Source of the DNA: Dehalococcoidia bacterium | Lineage (GTDB): Bacteria > Chloroflexota > Dehalococcoidia > Lucifugimonadales > JAGWBF01 | Assembly (NCBI GenBank): GCA_965219565.1 | Contig: OZ244780.1 | Span: 174,287 to 238,286 of the forward strand | Length of the DNA stretch: 64,000 nt | Direction of reading: 5' to 3' | Shown here: piece by piece, positions 15,151-25,200 of the stretch | Numbering within the stretch: position 1 is the first letter of the stretch | Layout of the letters: each line of letters starts with the position of its first letter | Translations under genes and position numbers: made by a program | The notes under the pieces: model-generated | Database searches by the model: none | What the model saw: the letters and a program-made list of their open reading frames with translations, nothing else | Told to the model about the DNA's origin: nothing

Positions 15151-16545
15151 TCAAGCCGCCACGCCGAGACTCTGCCGCACGGCCGCGGCCAGGGTAGGAG
15201 TGACTGACAACTCGATTCCCTCAGGCGCAGGCATTCTCCCGTTGCCTGCTCCGGCGGGGGGAACGATGGCCTTGCGGAAACCGAGGCGTGCCGCTTCTCC
15301 CAGACGGCGTTCCAATTGAGGCGCCGGCCTCAGCTCTCCGGTTAACCCCACTTCACCGATGGCTGCCATGTCTTCCGGAAGGGGCGAGTTGAGGCAACTG
15401 GACGCTATCGACAACGCCGTGGCCAGGTCCGCCCCCGGCTCTCGTATTCGCAGGCCACCCGCCACGTTCACTATGATGTCCTGGCCTGCCAGGCTCAGTC
15501 CAACCCGGCGGCTCAGGACCGCTGACAACATCAGCAGTCGGTTATAGTCGGTGCCGTTGGTGACTCTGCGGGGGGCTGGCAGGATGGACGGTGAGGTGAG
15601 AGATTGAATCTCCACCAGCAGCGGCCGGCTCCCTTCGATTACCGGCGCTATGGCGGACCCGATGGAGCCGTGCTGTCGGTGTGCCAGCAGCACCCTGGAT
15701 GGGTCGTCGACTTCAACAAGCCCATCTCGGTCCATCTTGAAGATGCCCACCTCGTCGGTGGAGCCGAAACGGTTTTTTGCCCCTCTCAAGATGCGGTAAG
15801 AAGTGGCGTTCTCTCCCTCCATGTGGAGCGACACGTCCACCATGTGCTCCAGAGCGCGTGGGCCCGCCAACGCCCCGTCCTTGGTTACGTGGCCTGACAT
15901 AATCAGAGGGACCGTCATGTCCTTGCACCATCGTATCAGCCGGAGCGCGCACTCCCTGACTTGCGCCACGCTTCCGGGTCCCGACTGGACGTCTCCCGCG
16001 TGCAGCGTCTGGATCGAGTCTACTATGACCAGCGAAGCCTCGGAACGGTCTAGCCGCTCGATGACCTCGTCCACGTCCGTCTCGGACAGCAGGAATACGT
16101 CCGTCCCCTGAATCCCAAGCCGGTCTGAGCGCACTTTGATTTGCTGCGCCGACTCTTCGCCGCTCACATAGACGACCTTGAGTCCCCGGGCCGCGGCTAG
16201 ACCCGCTGTCTGGAGCAGCAGGGTTGACTTGCCGACTCCGGGTTCTCCCGCCATGAGCGCCGCCGAGCCCGGCACGATCCCTCCGCCCAGCACCCGGTCC
16301 AGTTCCCCAATCCCGACGGAAATTCTGGGATGCCGGTTAGGCTCGATTCCCGAAAGCTCTTCCAACTCTGCCGGCTGATGGAAAGCCCGTCGACGAGGGG
16401 TCGCGGTCGGACCGGCGCGCGGGGCCTCCGACAATGGGTTCTTGCTTCCGCACGCTGGGCAGAACCCCATCCATTTGAGGCTTTCGTTGCCGCAGTCCCG
16501 GCAGAAGAAAACCGTCCGGCTTCGTTCTCCACTCATCCTCTTCAC
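15151..16545 (-). CDS. radA: DNA repair protein RadA/Sms
   Basis: N-terminal zinc finger CRDCGNESLKWMGFCPACG, Walker A GEPGVGKST, KNRFG motif, and a Lon-like C-terminal domain. Confidence 0.9.
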   Translation of the reverse strand: MKRMSGERSRTVFFCRDCGNESLKWMGFCPACGSKNPLSEAPRAGPTATPRRRAFHQPAELEELSGIEPNRHPRISVGIGELDRVLGGGIVPGSAALMAGEPGVGKSTLLLQTAGLAAARGLKVVYVSGEESAQQIKVRSDRLGIQGTDVFLLSETDVDEVIERLDRSEASLVIVDSIQTLHAGDVQSGPGSVAQVRECALRLIRWCKDMTVPLIMSGHVTKDGALAGPRALEHMVDVSLHMEGENATSYRILRGAKNRFGSTDEVGIFKMDRDGLVEVDDPSRVLLAHRQHGSIGSAIAPVIEGSRPLLVEIQSLTSPSILPAPRRVTNGTDYNRLLMLSAVLSRRVGLSLAGQDIIVNVAGGLRIREPGADLATALSIASSCLNSPLPEDMAAIGEVGLTGELRPAPQLERRLGEAARLGFRKAIVPPAGAGNGRMPAPEGIELSVTPTLAAAVRQSLGVAA

Positions 16546-16724
16546 TCCCTCCAGATTGGACGGGCCGGATGAAGCTCACGCTCCCCAGGCGCCTTAGTTA
16601 ACCCTGCCAAGGCGACCAACGTCAACTCAGAATTGTCATTGTCATACCAGGCAGACGCACATTTCGCGGAGACTATGAGGAACAAACGGTGTAGGGGCGA
16701 CCGGCCGGTCGCCCAGCCTTATCC

Positions 16725-17481
16725 CTATCTGAGCTCGGGGTCCCAGTACACAATCTCCATCGGCAATCCCTTGGCGTCCCTCGGAGGGCGATCAGGGACT
16801 GTTTGCAACCGCTGGTGGCCTAGGTGGGCCGTCACAACAAGCGCCAGCGCGTCCACAATGTCGTCCCTGGCCACGACCCACGACCTTCCTTAGGAACTGG
16901 GAACAAGCGGCGTCGAATATCTCCCGGGCGCAGGGCTCGATCCCTTTAAGAACTTCTAGTCGCTCCTTCTCTCCCTCCGCCTTCTTCTTCCCGTACTTCA
17001 TGGGCCGCTTATGGTTTAATGCCCAGAGACAAAGCTCCGGATGGACCTCCCTGACTTGGGGTGCGGCATTGGGACCCCGCTCCAATAGGGACCGGTCTAC
17101 TTGTGCAATCTTGGGAGCGATGCGGAAAGCTTGTTGGCTGATATTCTTACCGGTCAATCTGCGCTCAACATCACAGGCGGCACGGTAATCTCTAGGTGAT
17201 TCAGATGCTTGCCTTACGGTCTGGCGGGTCGGAGTAGGGAATACGCTCGACCGGCGGGCTCCTAGCCGCTTCCGGGCCTCACGGTCGCAGTCACGCCCGC
17301 CCTCCCCTTCCGGCAGCCCTATCGGGATGTCTACGAGGACAAGTTCGGCGCCGGCGTAGCGGTCCAGCAATTCTTTAAACGTCTTGAACACGCCGACTTC
17401 ATACCTGCCCCGGCCGTCGAGTCCCACGACGAACCAGCCTTCAGGGCAGCCGTCCACTCCAACGAATCTACTCTGCGTCAT
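16725..17481 (-). pseudogene. DUF429-family gene disrupted by a 7-bp tandem duplication (frameshift)
   Basis: ORF 16792..17481 loses family similarity after ...SQFLRKVV. Removing one copy of GTCGTGG (plus-strand CCACGAC x2 at 16871-16884) restores VARDDIVDALALVVTAHLG...GLPMEIVYWDPELR, ending at the TAG at 16725. Confidence 0.7.
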
Positions 17482-17581
17482 ACCCTGATGGGCCTCCCAT
17501 ACCAGGTGGAGAGGTACGAAACGAAATGCGGGGCGTCATTGACGCCCCGCATTCATGTCTGGGTCTAGTTTCGGGCGGGTA

Positions 17582-20083
17582 TCAAGCGGAGGGCAGGGCC
17601 GCCACCTCTTCTACGTCCTCGACTTCCTCTTTTCCCTTCACCCTTATCACCGTCTCGTCGTCCTCGACATCCACAATCGCCACGTCTCCCGCGACCATTT
17701 TCCCTGACAGCAGCTCCTCGGACAGCTTGTCCTCCACTGTGTCCTGGATAAGCCGGCGCAACGGCCTTGCGCCGAAGTTGGGGTCGTAGCCGTGTTCCGC
17801 CAGCCACTCTTTGGCCGCCTGGGTGGTCTCAAGGCCGATTTCCTTCTCCTTCAACTCGGACCTGACCTGTTCCATCATCAGGTCCACGATGGAGACTATG
17901 TGTTCCTCAGACAGGGAGTGGAAGACGACGGTGGCGTCGATTCGGTTCAGGAACTCAGGCCTGAAGAAACGCTTCACCTCGTCCAGCACCTTGTCCTTCA
18001 TGCGCTCATACTGCTGTTTGTCCGACTGCGCCTGGTCCGACTTAATGGAGAAGCCCAGCGCGGTCTCTCTCTTTATCAGGTCTGACCCCAAGTTGCTGGT
18101 CATCACTATGATGGAGTTGCGGAAGTCCACCTTGCGGCCCTTGGCGTCGCTCAAGTGCCCGTCGTCGAAGATTTGCAGCAGGACGTTGAATACCTCGGGG
18201 TGGGCCTTCTCGATTTCGTCCAGAAGAATGGCGCTGTAGGACTTCCTCCGAACAGCTTCCGTAAGCTGGCCGCCCTCGTCGTAGCCGATGTATCCCGGAG
18301 GGGCGCCGATGAGCCGCGCTACGGTGTGGCGCTCCTGGAACTCGGACATATCCAGACGAATCATTGAATCTTCGCTGCCAAACATGAACTCCGACAGTGC
18401 GCGGACCAACTCGGTCTTCCCCACTCCCGTGGGTCCCAGGAACAGGAACACGCCTATGGGATGCCTCGGGTCCTTTAGCCCGGCGCGGGCCCTGCGCACC
18501 GCTTTGGATACGTTGACGATGGCCTCTTCCTGTCCGATGATTCTCTTGTGGACTTCCTGCTCCATGTGCAGCAATCGTTGGGTTTCTTCCATGGCCAGCC
18601 GGGTGACGGGTATACCGGTCCACATGCTCACCACTTCGGCTATGTCCTCGGCGCCGACCACGGGCTTGTTGCTGCCCAGCTCGTCGTGCCACTCTTTCTT
18701 GTCGTTTTCCAGGCTCTCCAGCAGACGGAGTTCCCTCTCCCGGAGTTCAGCCGCATGTTCGTACTGCTGAGCGGCTATGGCGTCGTCCTTCTCTTTCCGC
18801 ACGTTTTCCAGCACCATCTCGGACTGCTGCACGGAGAGGGGAGTAGAGGCGTTCCTTAGCCGAACCCTGGACGACGCCTCGTCCATCAGGTCTATGGCCT
18901 TGTCGGGCAGAAACCGGTCGGCGATGAAGCGGGAGGCCAGACTGGCCGCAGCGGATATCGCGTCGTCGGATATGGTCAGGTCGTGGTGTATCTCGTACTG
19001 GCCTTTGATGCCATGAAGGATGCTCACGGTTTCGTCTACCGAGGGCTCCGCCACGACTACTGGTTGGAAGCGGCGTTCGAGGGCTGGGTCCCTTTCGACG
19101 TGCTTCCGGTAGTCGTCCATGGTGGTGGCGCCGATGCACTGGAGTTCTCCGCGGGCTAGCGAAGGCTTCAGGATGTTGGCCGCGTCCACGGCCCCCTCGG
19201 CGGCTCCGGCTCCGACGATGGTGTGCATCTCGTCGATGAACAACACGCAGTTGCCAGAGTTTTTGATTTCTTCCACGACTTTCTTGAGGCGCTCTTCGAA
19301 CTCGCCCCGGTACTTGGTGCCCGCAACCAGGGCGCCCATGTCCAGGGTGACCAGGCGCTTGTCCTGGAGAGTGATTGGAATGTCGTTCGTGGAGATTCGC
19401 TGTGCCAGGGCTTCCACTATGGCAGTCTTGCCGACTCCGGGTTCGCCCATCAGCACGGGATTGTTCTTGGTCCTGCGGCTGAGTATCTGGATGACCCGCT
19501 GGATTTCCTGGTCGCGGCCCACCACCGGGTCCAGTTTCTTGTCCCTGGCGGCCTTGGTGAGGTCGATGCCCAGCTGGTCCAGCGTGGGGGTCCGCGTTGA
19601 GCTCTTAGCGCCGTATCCGCCGGAAGACGACTGGGGAGAACTCTGGCTGAGGATTCTGTGGGTCTCTGAGCGCACCTTGTCCAGGGTTACGCTGAGGCTT
19701 TCCAGGACTCCGGCGGCCACACCTTCGCCCTCCCGGAGGAGGCCGATGAGCAGGTGTTCGGTGCCGATGTAGGTGTGGTTCATGCGGCGGGCTTCGTCCA
19801 CCGCCAGTTCTACAACCTTCTTGGCCCTGGGGGTCAGACCTATCTCACCCTGGGCGGGCCGTTCGCCGCGACCGATGATGAACTCCACCGCGGAGCGGAC
19901 CTTGCTCAAGTCCACTCCCAGGTTGGAGAGGACTCGGGCGGCTACACCTTCGGTTTCACGCACCAGTCCCAGCAATATGTGCTCGGTGCCGATGTAGTTG
20001 TGGTTGAACCTTTGGGCCTCTTCCTGGGCCAGGGAGAGGACCCGGCGTGCACGCTCCGAAAATTTTTCGAATCTGCTGCCCAT
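17582..20083 (-). CDS. clpC: ATP-dependent Clp protease ATP-binding subunit ClpC
   Basis: 833 aa. Two N-terminal Clp repeats, two AAA+ modules (GEPGVGKT, GPTGVGKT), and a UVR-like linker. Confidence 0.92.
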   Translation of the reverse strand: MGSRFEKFSERARRVLSLAQEEAQRFNHNYIGTEHILLGLVRETEGVAARVLSNLGVDLSKVRSAVEFIIGRGERPAQGEIGLTPRAKKVVELAVDEARRMNHTYIGTEHLLIGLLREGEGVAAGVLESLSVTLDKVRSETHRILSQSSPQSSSGGYGAKSSTRTPTLDQLGIDLTKAARDKKLDPVVGRDQEIQRVIQILSRRTKNNPVLMGEPGVGKTAIVEALAQRISTNDIPITLQDKRLVTLDMGALVAGTKYRGEFEERLKKVVEEIKNSGNCVLFIDEMHTIVGAGAAEGAVDAANILKPSLARGELQCIGATTMDDYRKHVERDPALERRFQPVVVAEPSVDETVSILHGIKGQYEIHHDLTISDDAISAAASLASRFIADRFLPDKAIDLMDEASSRVRLRNASTPLSVQQSEMVLENVRKEKDDAIAAQQYEHAAELRERELRLLESLENDKKEWHDELGSNKPVVGAEDIAEVVSMWTGIPVTRLAMEETQRLLHMEQEVHKRIIGQEEAIVNVSKAVRRARAGLKDPRHPIGVFLFLGPTGVGKTELVRALSEFMFGSEDSMIRLDMSEFQERHTVARLIGAPPGYIGYDEGGQLTEAVRRKSYSAILLDEIEKAHPEVFNVLLQIFDDGHLSDAKGRKVDFRNSIIVMTSNLGSDLIKRETALGFSIKSDQAQSDKQQYERMKDKVLDEVKRFFRPEFLNRIDATVVFHSLSEEHIVSIVDLMMEQVRSELKEKEIGLETTQAAKEWLAEHGYDPNFGARPLRRLIQDTVEDKLSEELLSGKMVAGDVAIVDVEDDETVIRVKGKEEVEDVEEVAALPSA

Positions 20084-20459
20084 TTTAGGTACCCCCTCAT
20101 TAGGCCGGTTGGCCTTCCGGCAAGGTCATTCCTGAAGCCTGCCCGTGAACCCGTATTGTAAAGGGCGCAAGGCCCTTTATGCACGTCGTGGGAACGTCAA
20201 GAGGAAACCCCGGGAACTCCTTATCAATCGTCGGGGCTTAGATGTTCCCATTATAGGTCGCTTACGCGATTGGTGTAAAGGTTCCCAGGTTCCTTATTCT
20301 GCGGTGTTCAGAGGCAGTGAGTATGTGAATTATTTAACAATCGAATAGAACAGTATCACTCTATCACACCCAAACCCCAAATGGAAGCGTTCGAGGGCGG
20401 GAATTCGGCGCCTGAGCGCCGCCCGGTTTATCCGGTCAGACGCTTAGTAAATGAAAAGC

Positions 20460-20579
20460 CCCCCGGCAGTGGCCTATTTTCCCACTCCGTCGCCGGAGCA
20501 GTATCGTGAGCGCTGGAGCGTTTCACTTCCGTGTTCGGGATGGGAACGGGTGGGTCCGCACCGCTCAAACCGCCAAGGG
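20460..20579 (-). rRNA. rrf: 5S ribosomal RNA (orphan, not linked to 23S/16S)
   Basis: The minus strand is colinear with bacterial 5S: CCCACCCGUUCCCAUCCCGAACACGGAAGUGAAACGCUCCAGCGC...GGGAAAAUAGGCCACUGCCGGG. Helix I closes between the 5' CUUGGCGG and the 3' CUGCCGGG. Confidence 0.9.
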
Positions 20580-20592
20580 ACTGACATCAATA

Positions 20593-20621
20593 ATTATGCA
20601 CCTATGCGAAGAGCTTTTCAA
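20593..20621 (-). promoter_or_regulatory. Sigma70-like promoter for the 5S rRNA (TTGAAA-17-CATAAT)
   Basis: The -10 ends 12 nt upstream of the mature 5S 5' end. Confidence 0.5.
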
Positions 20622-20684
20622 GGGGCTGTTAGGATGCACCTTGCGACATCGTCGTCAGCTATTGCCCAGGAACCTGCGCCGGTC

Positions 20685-21074
20685 CTAGTACATGATGAGG
20701 TGAGTTGGGACCAATCGTTGCTCCACGGGGTCCACTGCCAATGCCAGACCCTCTAGGGTATAGGCCCCCAGCAGAGCTGGGGCGTCGTCTTCTCCAAAGA
20801 CCACTAGAGTCGTCACACTCTCGCCGTCGACGGTTGCCCGGGCCTCCCCATAGTCCATCTCAATCCGCCGCCCGTCGGCCCGCAGGATCCTGCGCTTGCC
20901 CATCGGTGCAACTCCCAGTTCACGCAGCAGGCTCTTTGGCAACGTGGTGTAGGCCGCGCCGGTGTCGACCGTCGCTTCTATTTCCTGGGTCTGCAGGCCG
21001 TCCATGTTGGAAATCCGCAGCGGCCACTTGAATGTTCCCACAGGTAGCGACCTCTCTTTACTGGCCATCGTCAC
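20685..21074 (-). CDS. Retropepsin-like (clan AA) aspartic protease
   Basis: 129-aa ORF with catalytic VDTGAAYT and size and shape typical of stand-alone bacterial/archaeal retropepsin-like proteins. Start is GTG at 21074 or ATG at 21068. Confidence 0.7.
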   Translation of the reverse strand: MTMASKERSLPVGTFKWPLRISNMDGLQTQEIEATVDTGAAYTTLPKSLLRELGVAPMGKRRILRADGRRIEMDYGEARATVDGESVTTLVVFGEDDAPALLGAYTLEGLALAVDPVEQRLVPTHLIMY

Positions 21075-21210
21075 ATGGAGCCGGGAGAAATCGGAGGCGG
21101 AATACTAGGACGGCCTTCTCTGCGATAATTGGGAAGTCGTAGTGCGTGAGCTGGTGTGTGAGCCGGAATCATTCTGACATGGATGGATTCGGCTTCACTG
21201 GAGAAAGATA

Positions 21211-22257
21211 TCAAGACTCTTCACCGTGGGGTTCAGGCTGGCCTTCCGTCAAAGCTTCCGCTAGTTGGGTCATTCTGTCCATAAACCCCGGCTCTGTCTT
21301 AGGTGGGTTGAGCTGCTCCCCTGATTCCGCATCCAAGACACCATCAAGTTTAGGTAGGTGGTCCCTGTAGGCGTTAGCCGCGTCAAGCTGCGTCTGAGTT
21401 ATGCCTTCTGCCGGATAGTCGCCTTCACCGAGAGAGAATCGGGTGCCTGAAAGGTTTGCCTCAAACAACCATGCATCCTTCAAATTCGCGCCTTGAAGAC
21501 GGGCGTTGGACAAGTCTGCAGCCATTAGGATCGCGCCCGACAGATCTGCTTTTATTAGATTCGACGCCGATAAGTTCAAACGAGCCAAATGTGCATCCCG
21601 AAGGTCCGACCCGCTAAGGTTCAACTCGAAAGCCTCGTTGTCTTCAAAACCAACGTCCTCCTCACTTCGGGATCCTATCGCCGCCATGGCGGCCCGGACT
21701 TCCTCGCGTAGCCGGGGTGAATTTGCTGAGCTGCGGACAAACAAGCTCAACCGCTTGATGACCTGGACGTGATACTCTGATGGATGTTCCCTTGCTAGTC
21801 GTTCTAGCATATCTATGCCGTCCACGCGGACGGCGGGGTCATCGCTTCCAAGTCTTGAACTGCCCTGTTCATAGCGTTCGTTGAGAAAGCTCCGCAGGGT
21901 GGTTTTGGATTCACGCTCTGCCGTCTTGGCCTGGAGAAACGCTGCGGATGCTTGACGCAGGGTGGCATCAGCTTGTCGTTCGGCAACTAAACTCCGCCAC
22001 ATGGCGAGCATTACGGCTACGATACCGCCGACTACAAGGCCGACATTACGAATCGTGGTGCTATTCGATTCAACAGTCTCGGTGCGGATTGTCTTGATAC
22101 CTGTTTCGAGCTCCTCTGTACGAATCTCAATTATTGAATTCACTTGGCCCCAAAACAAGAGACATACAACTCCGAGAACGATAGTCACGATTATCGTCGC
22201 GGGCACCCAGAAGAGACCAGAGCTGAAGAATTCCCGGCCAGGAAGAATCCGACGCAT
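21211..22257 (-). CDS. Membrane-anchored pentapeptide-repeat protein
   Basis: The ATG at 22257 lies 14 nt after the upstream stop; product is 348 aa. Two TM helices flank a coiled segment. A helical LGSDDPAVRVDGIDMLERLAREHP region is followed by A(D/N)LxX repeats (NLSGSDLRDAHLARLNLSASNLIKADLSGAILMAADLSNARLQGANLKDAWLFEANLSG). Hand-counted GC is about 42-58%. Confidence 0.8.
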   Translation of the reverse strand: MRRILPGREFFSSGLFWVPATIIVTIVLGVVCLLFWGQVNSIIEIRTEELETGIKTIRTETVESNSTTIRNVGLVVGGIVAVMLAMWRSLVAERQADATLRQASAAFLQAKTAERESKTTLRSFLNERYEQGSSRLGSDDPAVRVDGIDMLERLAREHPSEYHVQVIKRLSLFVRSSANSPRLREEVRAAMAAIGSRSEEDVGFEDNEAFELNLSGSDLRDAHLARLNLSASNLIKADLSGAILMAADLSNARLQGANLKDAWLFEANLSGTRFSLGEGDYPAEGITQTQLDAANAYRDHLPKLDGVLDAESGEQLNPPKTEPGFMDRMTQLAEALTEGQPEPHGEES

Positions 22258-22271
22258 CCCTATCAACCAGT

Positions 22272-25200
22272 TCAAGTCTGACTCACCAGCGTCAGAATCG
22301 TGGCAATCCGCCGCGCCGTGTCTGTGAAGTGCTGCACTTCTTCCGGCAGTAACGCTCTGCCCAGCACGTTGCGCTCCCGATACGACAGCCACTTTTTGAG
22401 GACTTGGTAGCCGCCCAGCTTGTAATTCCAGACTGCGGCGGGGACGTTGCGCCAGTAGGCCCGGTCATTCAAGTAGACGTCGAACGTCGTGGTGCCCAGA
22501 ATCTTCACGGATTCACCCATTGCGGCGGTTTCGTCTGTGGTGTAGGGACGTTCGACGACGCGACCCTGGCCAGGCATGACGGCTTCACCCTGCCCGAAGT
22601 GGCCCCAGCCCGCCGTCATCGCGAAGTCGTCCCCGGCCATGTTGCCGCCATCGGCGGTGGACGGCACAGCGATAGCGGCTATCTCCGGGCGCAGCGTTCC
22701 CTCGGTGACGCCGGGAACGGGTTTGTCGGAGTCAAGCAGCGCGGCCAGCTCACGGCCGCGCGCCGCGGATGCGGCAAGCTCCTCCTCCGCCCCGTCTGTG
22801 TCACCATCGGGCCAGCCAGGGAGGGAGATACGCGGCCACTCCATTCGCAACGCGCTGGCGTTGGCCTCCCGGTAGGCGGGGTCGTGCAGCACGGCCAGGA
22901 CGTGGTGGAACAGGTCCTCCACCCCTGCACCCAGGCGGTTAAGATAGCTTTGGGCAGCTTCCGACAAGTTGGGGCGGTGTCGCTTGTCGTTGTCGGAGAG
23001 ACTCAGTTCGTTGCCCCGAAGCAGTGTAGGAACGCAATAGACTCCGCTGTTCATCTGATTGAGGTCACCCATGTCTGAGATTACTAACGGCGGCGACAAT
23101 TCCGGTCGGGCTTTTCGTTGAAAGACCAACCACAAGTTCCCAGCGAACACGTCCGGCTTGTACTCGGCCCGCTTTTCGTCGAGCAGCTTCGTCTCCGCCT
23201 CCCAATAGAGCCACCGCGTATCAAATGGCCGGTAGGCATAGCGGATAAATCCTGACTCTGTGGGGCCGCCGCGTTTGAGCAGTGTATCCCGCACCGCGCG
23301 AGCTTGGTAACGCGCCGTGGAGTCCATGAAGGACCGATAGCGCCGGGCAAACTCTTCGTGGCTCAGGTGAGAGTTGAAATAGCCCATAACCCGAGTCTTC
23401 AACCGGCCGAGGTCAACGTCTACCAGAAACGAGTCCCGGCTGGTCTTGACTCCCGGAAACGATGTTGGAAACAAGTCGGGCAACGTTGGCCAGTCTTGCC
23501 AACCATCGCCGACCGCCATTCGCCCGAATGGCAGGCCTAGGGGCAGATTCGGCTGAATGCTGTCGTAGAGCGTGTCCGGCTCCCTCTCTGCCGTCTCCGT
23601 CAACTCCTCACGCTTGGACTGGCCCCAGAGGTGGCGGAACCCCACCGTTTCCGCCGGCCCGTGGTCTGCCTTGCGGACCAGAGTGGTGATTGCTGTCCCT
23701 ACCTGGATACCCACCGGGTCCTCCGGCGTCGAGAAGATGCTGGGGTCGGGTGCGCCGTCAGGCGTCGTCTTGCCGGTCTTGTACTTGTCGCCGTTAAGGG
23801 AGTCGATCCGAATGGCGTCGAACGCCTCCAGGTATCGCTCTCGCATTCCAGTGAAGGAAAGGCCATCGAGCCAGGAGTAGTTGGATATGAAGCAGACTAC
23901 GCCCCGGCCTGTCTTTTCCGCGATGCGACGTTCCGCCATCCGGAAGAACCGCACGTACAGGTCGTTCAGCCCCTGACCCTCAGGCCGCCGCACCTGCTTG
24001 GTCGTCCGATAGGCTTCCAACAGCTTCTGTTCCTCATCCACGGCCATGCCCGCGAAGCCGTTGTAGGGTGGATTGCCCAGAATGACCAGGACTGGGGTGT
24101 CCTGCTTCACCCGCTCGGCGCGGTCACGCTCCTCTTCAAGCTCCGGGAACGGCAGAGGCTTCTGCACCGTCGGCTCCCAGCCGGTGAGCGCGTTGGTGAG
24201 GAATATTCCTGCCCGTTCGGCGCCGTCTTCAGACAGCGGCGCATCAAGGTCTTGCATGGTAAGCCCGACCTGTAGGTGGGCCACCACGAACGGAGCGGGC
24301 ATGATTTCGAATCCAAAAACCCGTTTAGTGGCTGCCTGTTTCACCTTGGCTCCGGCGAGCGCTCCAGAGCCCTGCCCCTCCAGGTTAGCTGCGATGCGTC
24401 GCAGGACTTCCGCCAGGTAGGCGCCTGTGCCGCAGCAGGGGTCTAGGACATAGACGTTCTCAGCCGCCAGCCCATCAGCGATTCCGAGATCGTCTTTCAG
24501 GGCCTTGTCTACCCGGGCGACCATGTAGCGCACGACCTCAGGAGGCGTGTACCAGACGCCGAGCTGCTTGCGTAACTCAGGGTCGAACGCTTCCAGGAAG
24601 GGCTCGTAAAAGTACGGGACGGCCTCGCCCTCGTTGAACTTGTCAAAGAAGGCGGCGCGGTCCACACGGTCCAGCGCCGACGCTGTCCAGTCCAACACCT
24701 CGACCAACCCCAACGGCTTCAATTGGCTGGGGGACGATACCTGTTGGAACAACGCCTCTAGTACGGGGACGCGGAGATGCCAAGTAGCGTCGTGCCAGTT
24801 GAAGGAGCTGGTTGGCGGCGGTGTCTGGCGGGCCCAGAGGACCCATGCCGAGAAGACGCCGTAGAAGAGGGTTTGCACCAGCGTCGACCGGAAGAAGGCC
24901 GCACCGCGGTCGCCCTCGAACCGCACACCCAGGGCCTCTTCCAACGCGGACCTTACAGTGTTGAGGGATGGCGCATCACCGGCCGCCTCGACCCGCGCCA
25001 GTCCGTCTCGTGCGTAGGAGGCCAGCAGCCACGCCAGGTCCTTTGGCTCGGCAATGGATGCTTGTTGGGTGAGGGCACGGCACAGGTATTCTCCCAGGCC
25101 GGGGCCCACGGCCTTCGCAAAGGCCCGGGGTTTCTCCAGCCGGGACTCGAACGCTTCCTCGGACTCCGCGAGCCGAAAGGTCTCCAGCTTGACGGGCTGG

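Noticed and set aside
20580-20684. Possible 3' end of a 23S rRNA upstream of the 5S gene.
   Set aside because: The reverse complement shows only a vague GACGACG-like resemblance to 23S 3' sequences. A well-formed protein gene (the retropepsin-like protease) starts 105 nt away, and the spacer contains a good promoter instead.
21075-21210. 33-aa ORF (MIPAHTPAHALRLPNYRREGRPSIPPPISPGSM) between the pentapeptide-repeat gene and the retropepsin-like gene.
   Set aside because: It has no SD, is low in complexity and rich in Pro and Arg, and is probably a chance ORF. It cannot be evaluated without homologues.
22258-22392. Longer start (22392) for the pentapeptide-repeat ORF.
   Set aside because: The extension overlaps the 3' end of the 1113-aa gene by about 120 nt and encodes non-membrane low-complexity sequence. 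The ATG at 22257 begins right at the TM region.
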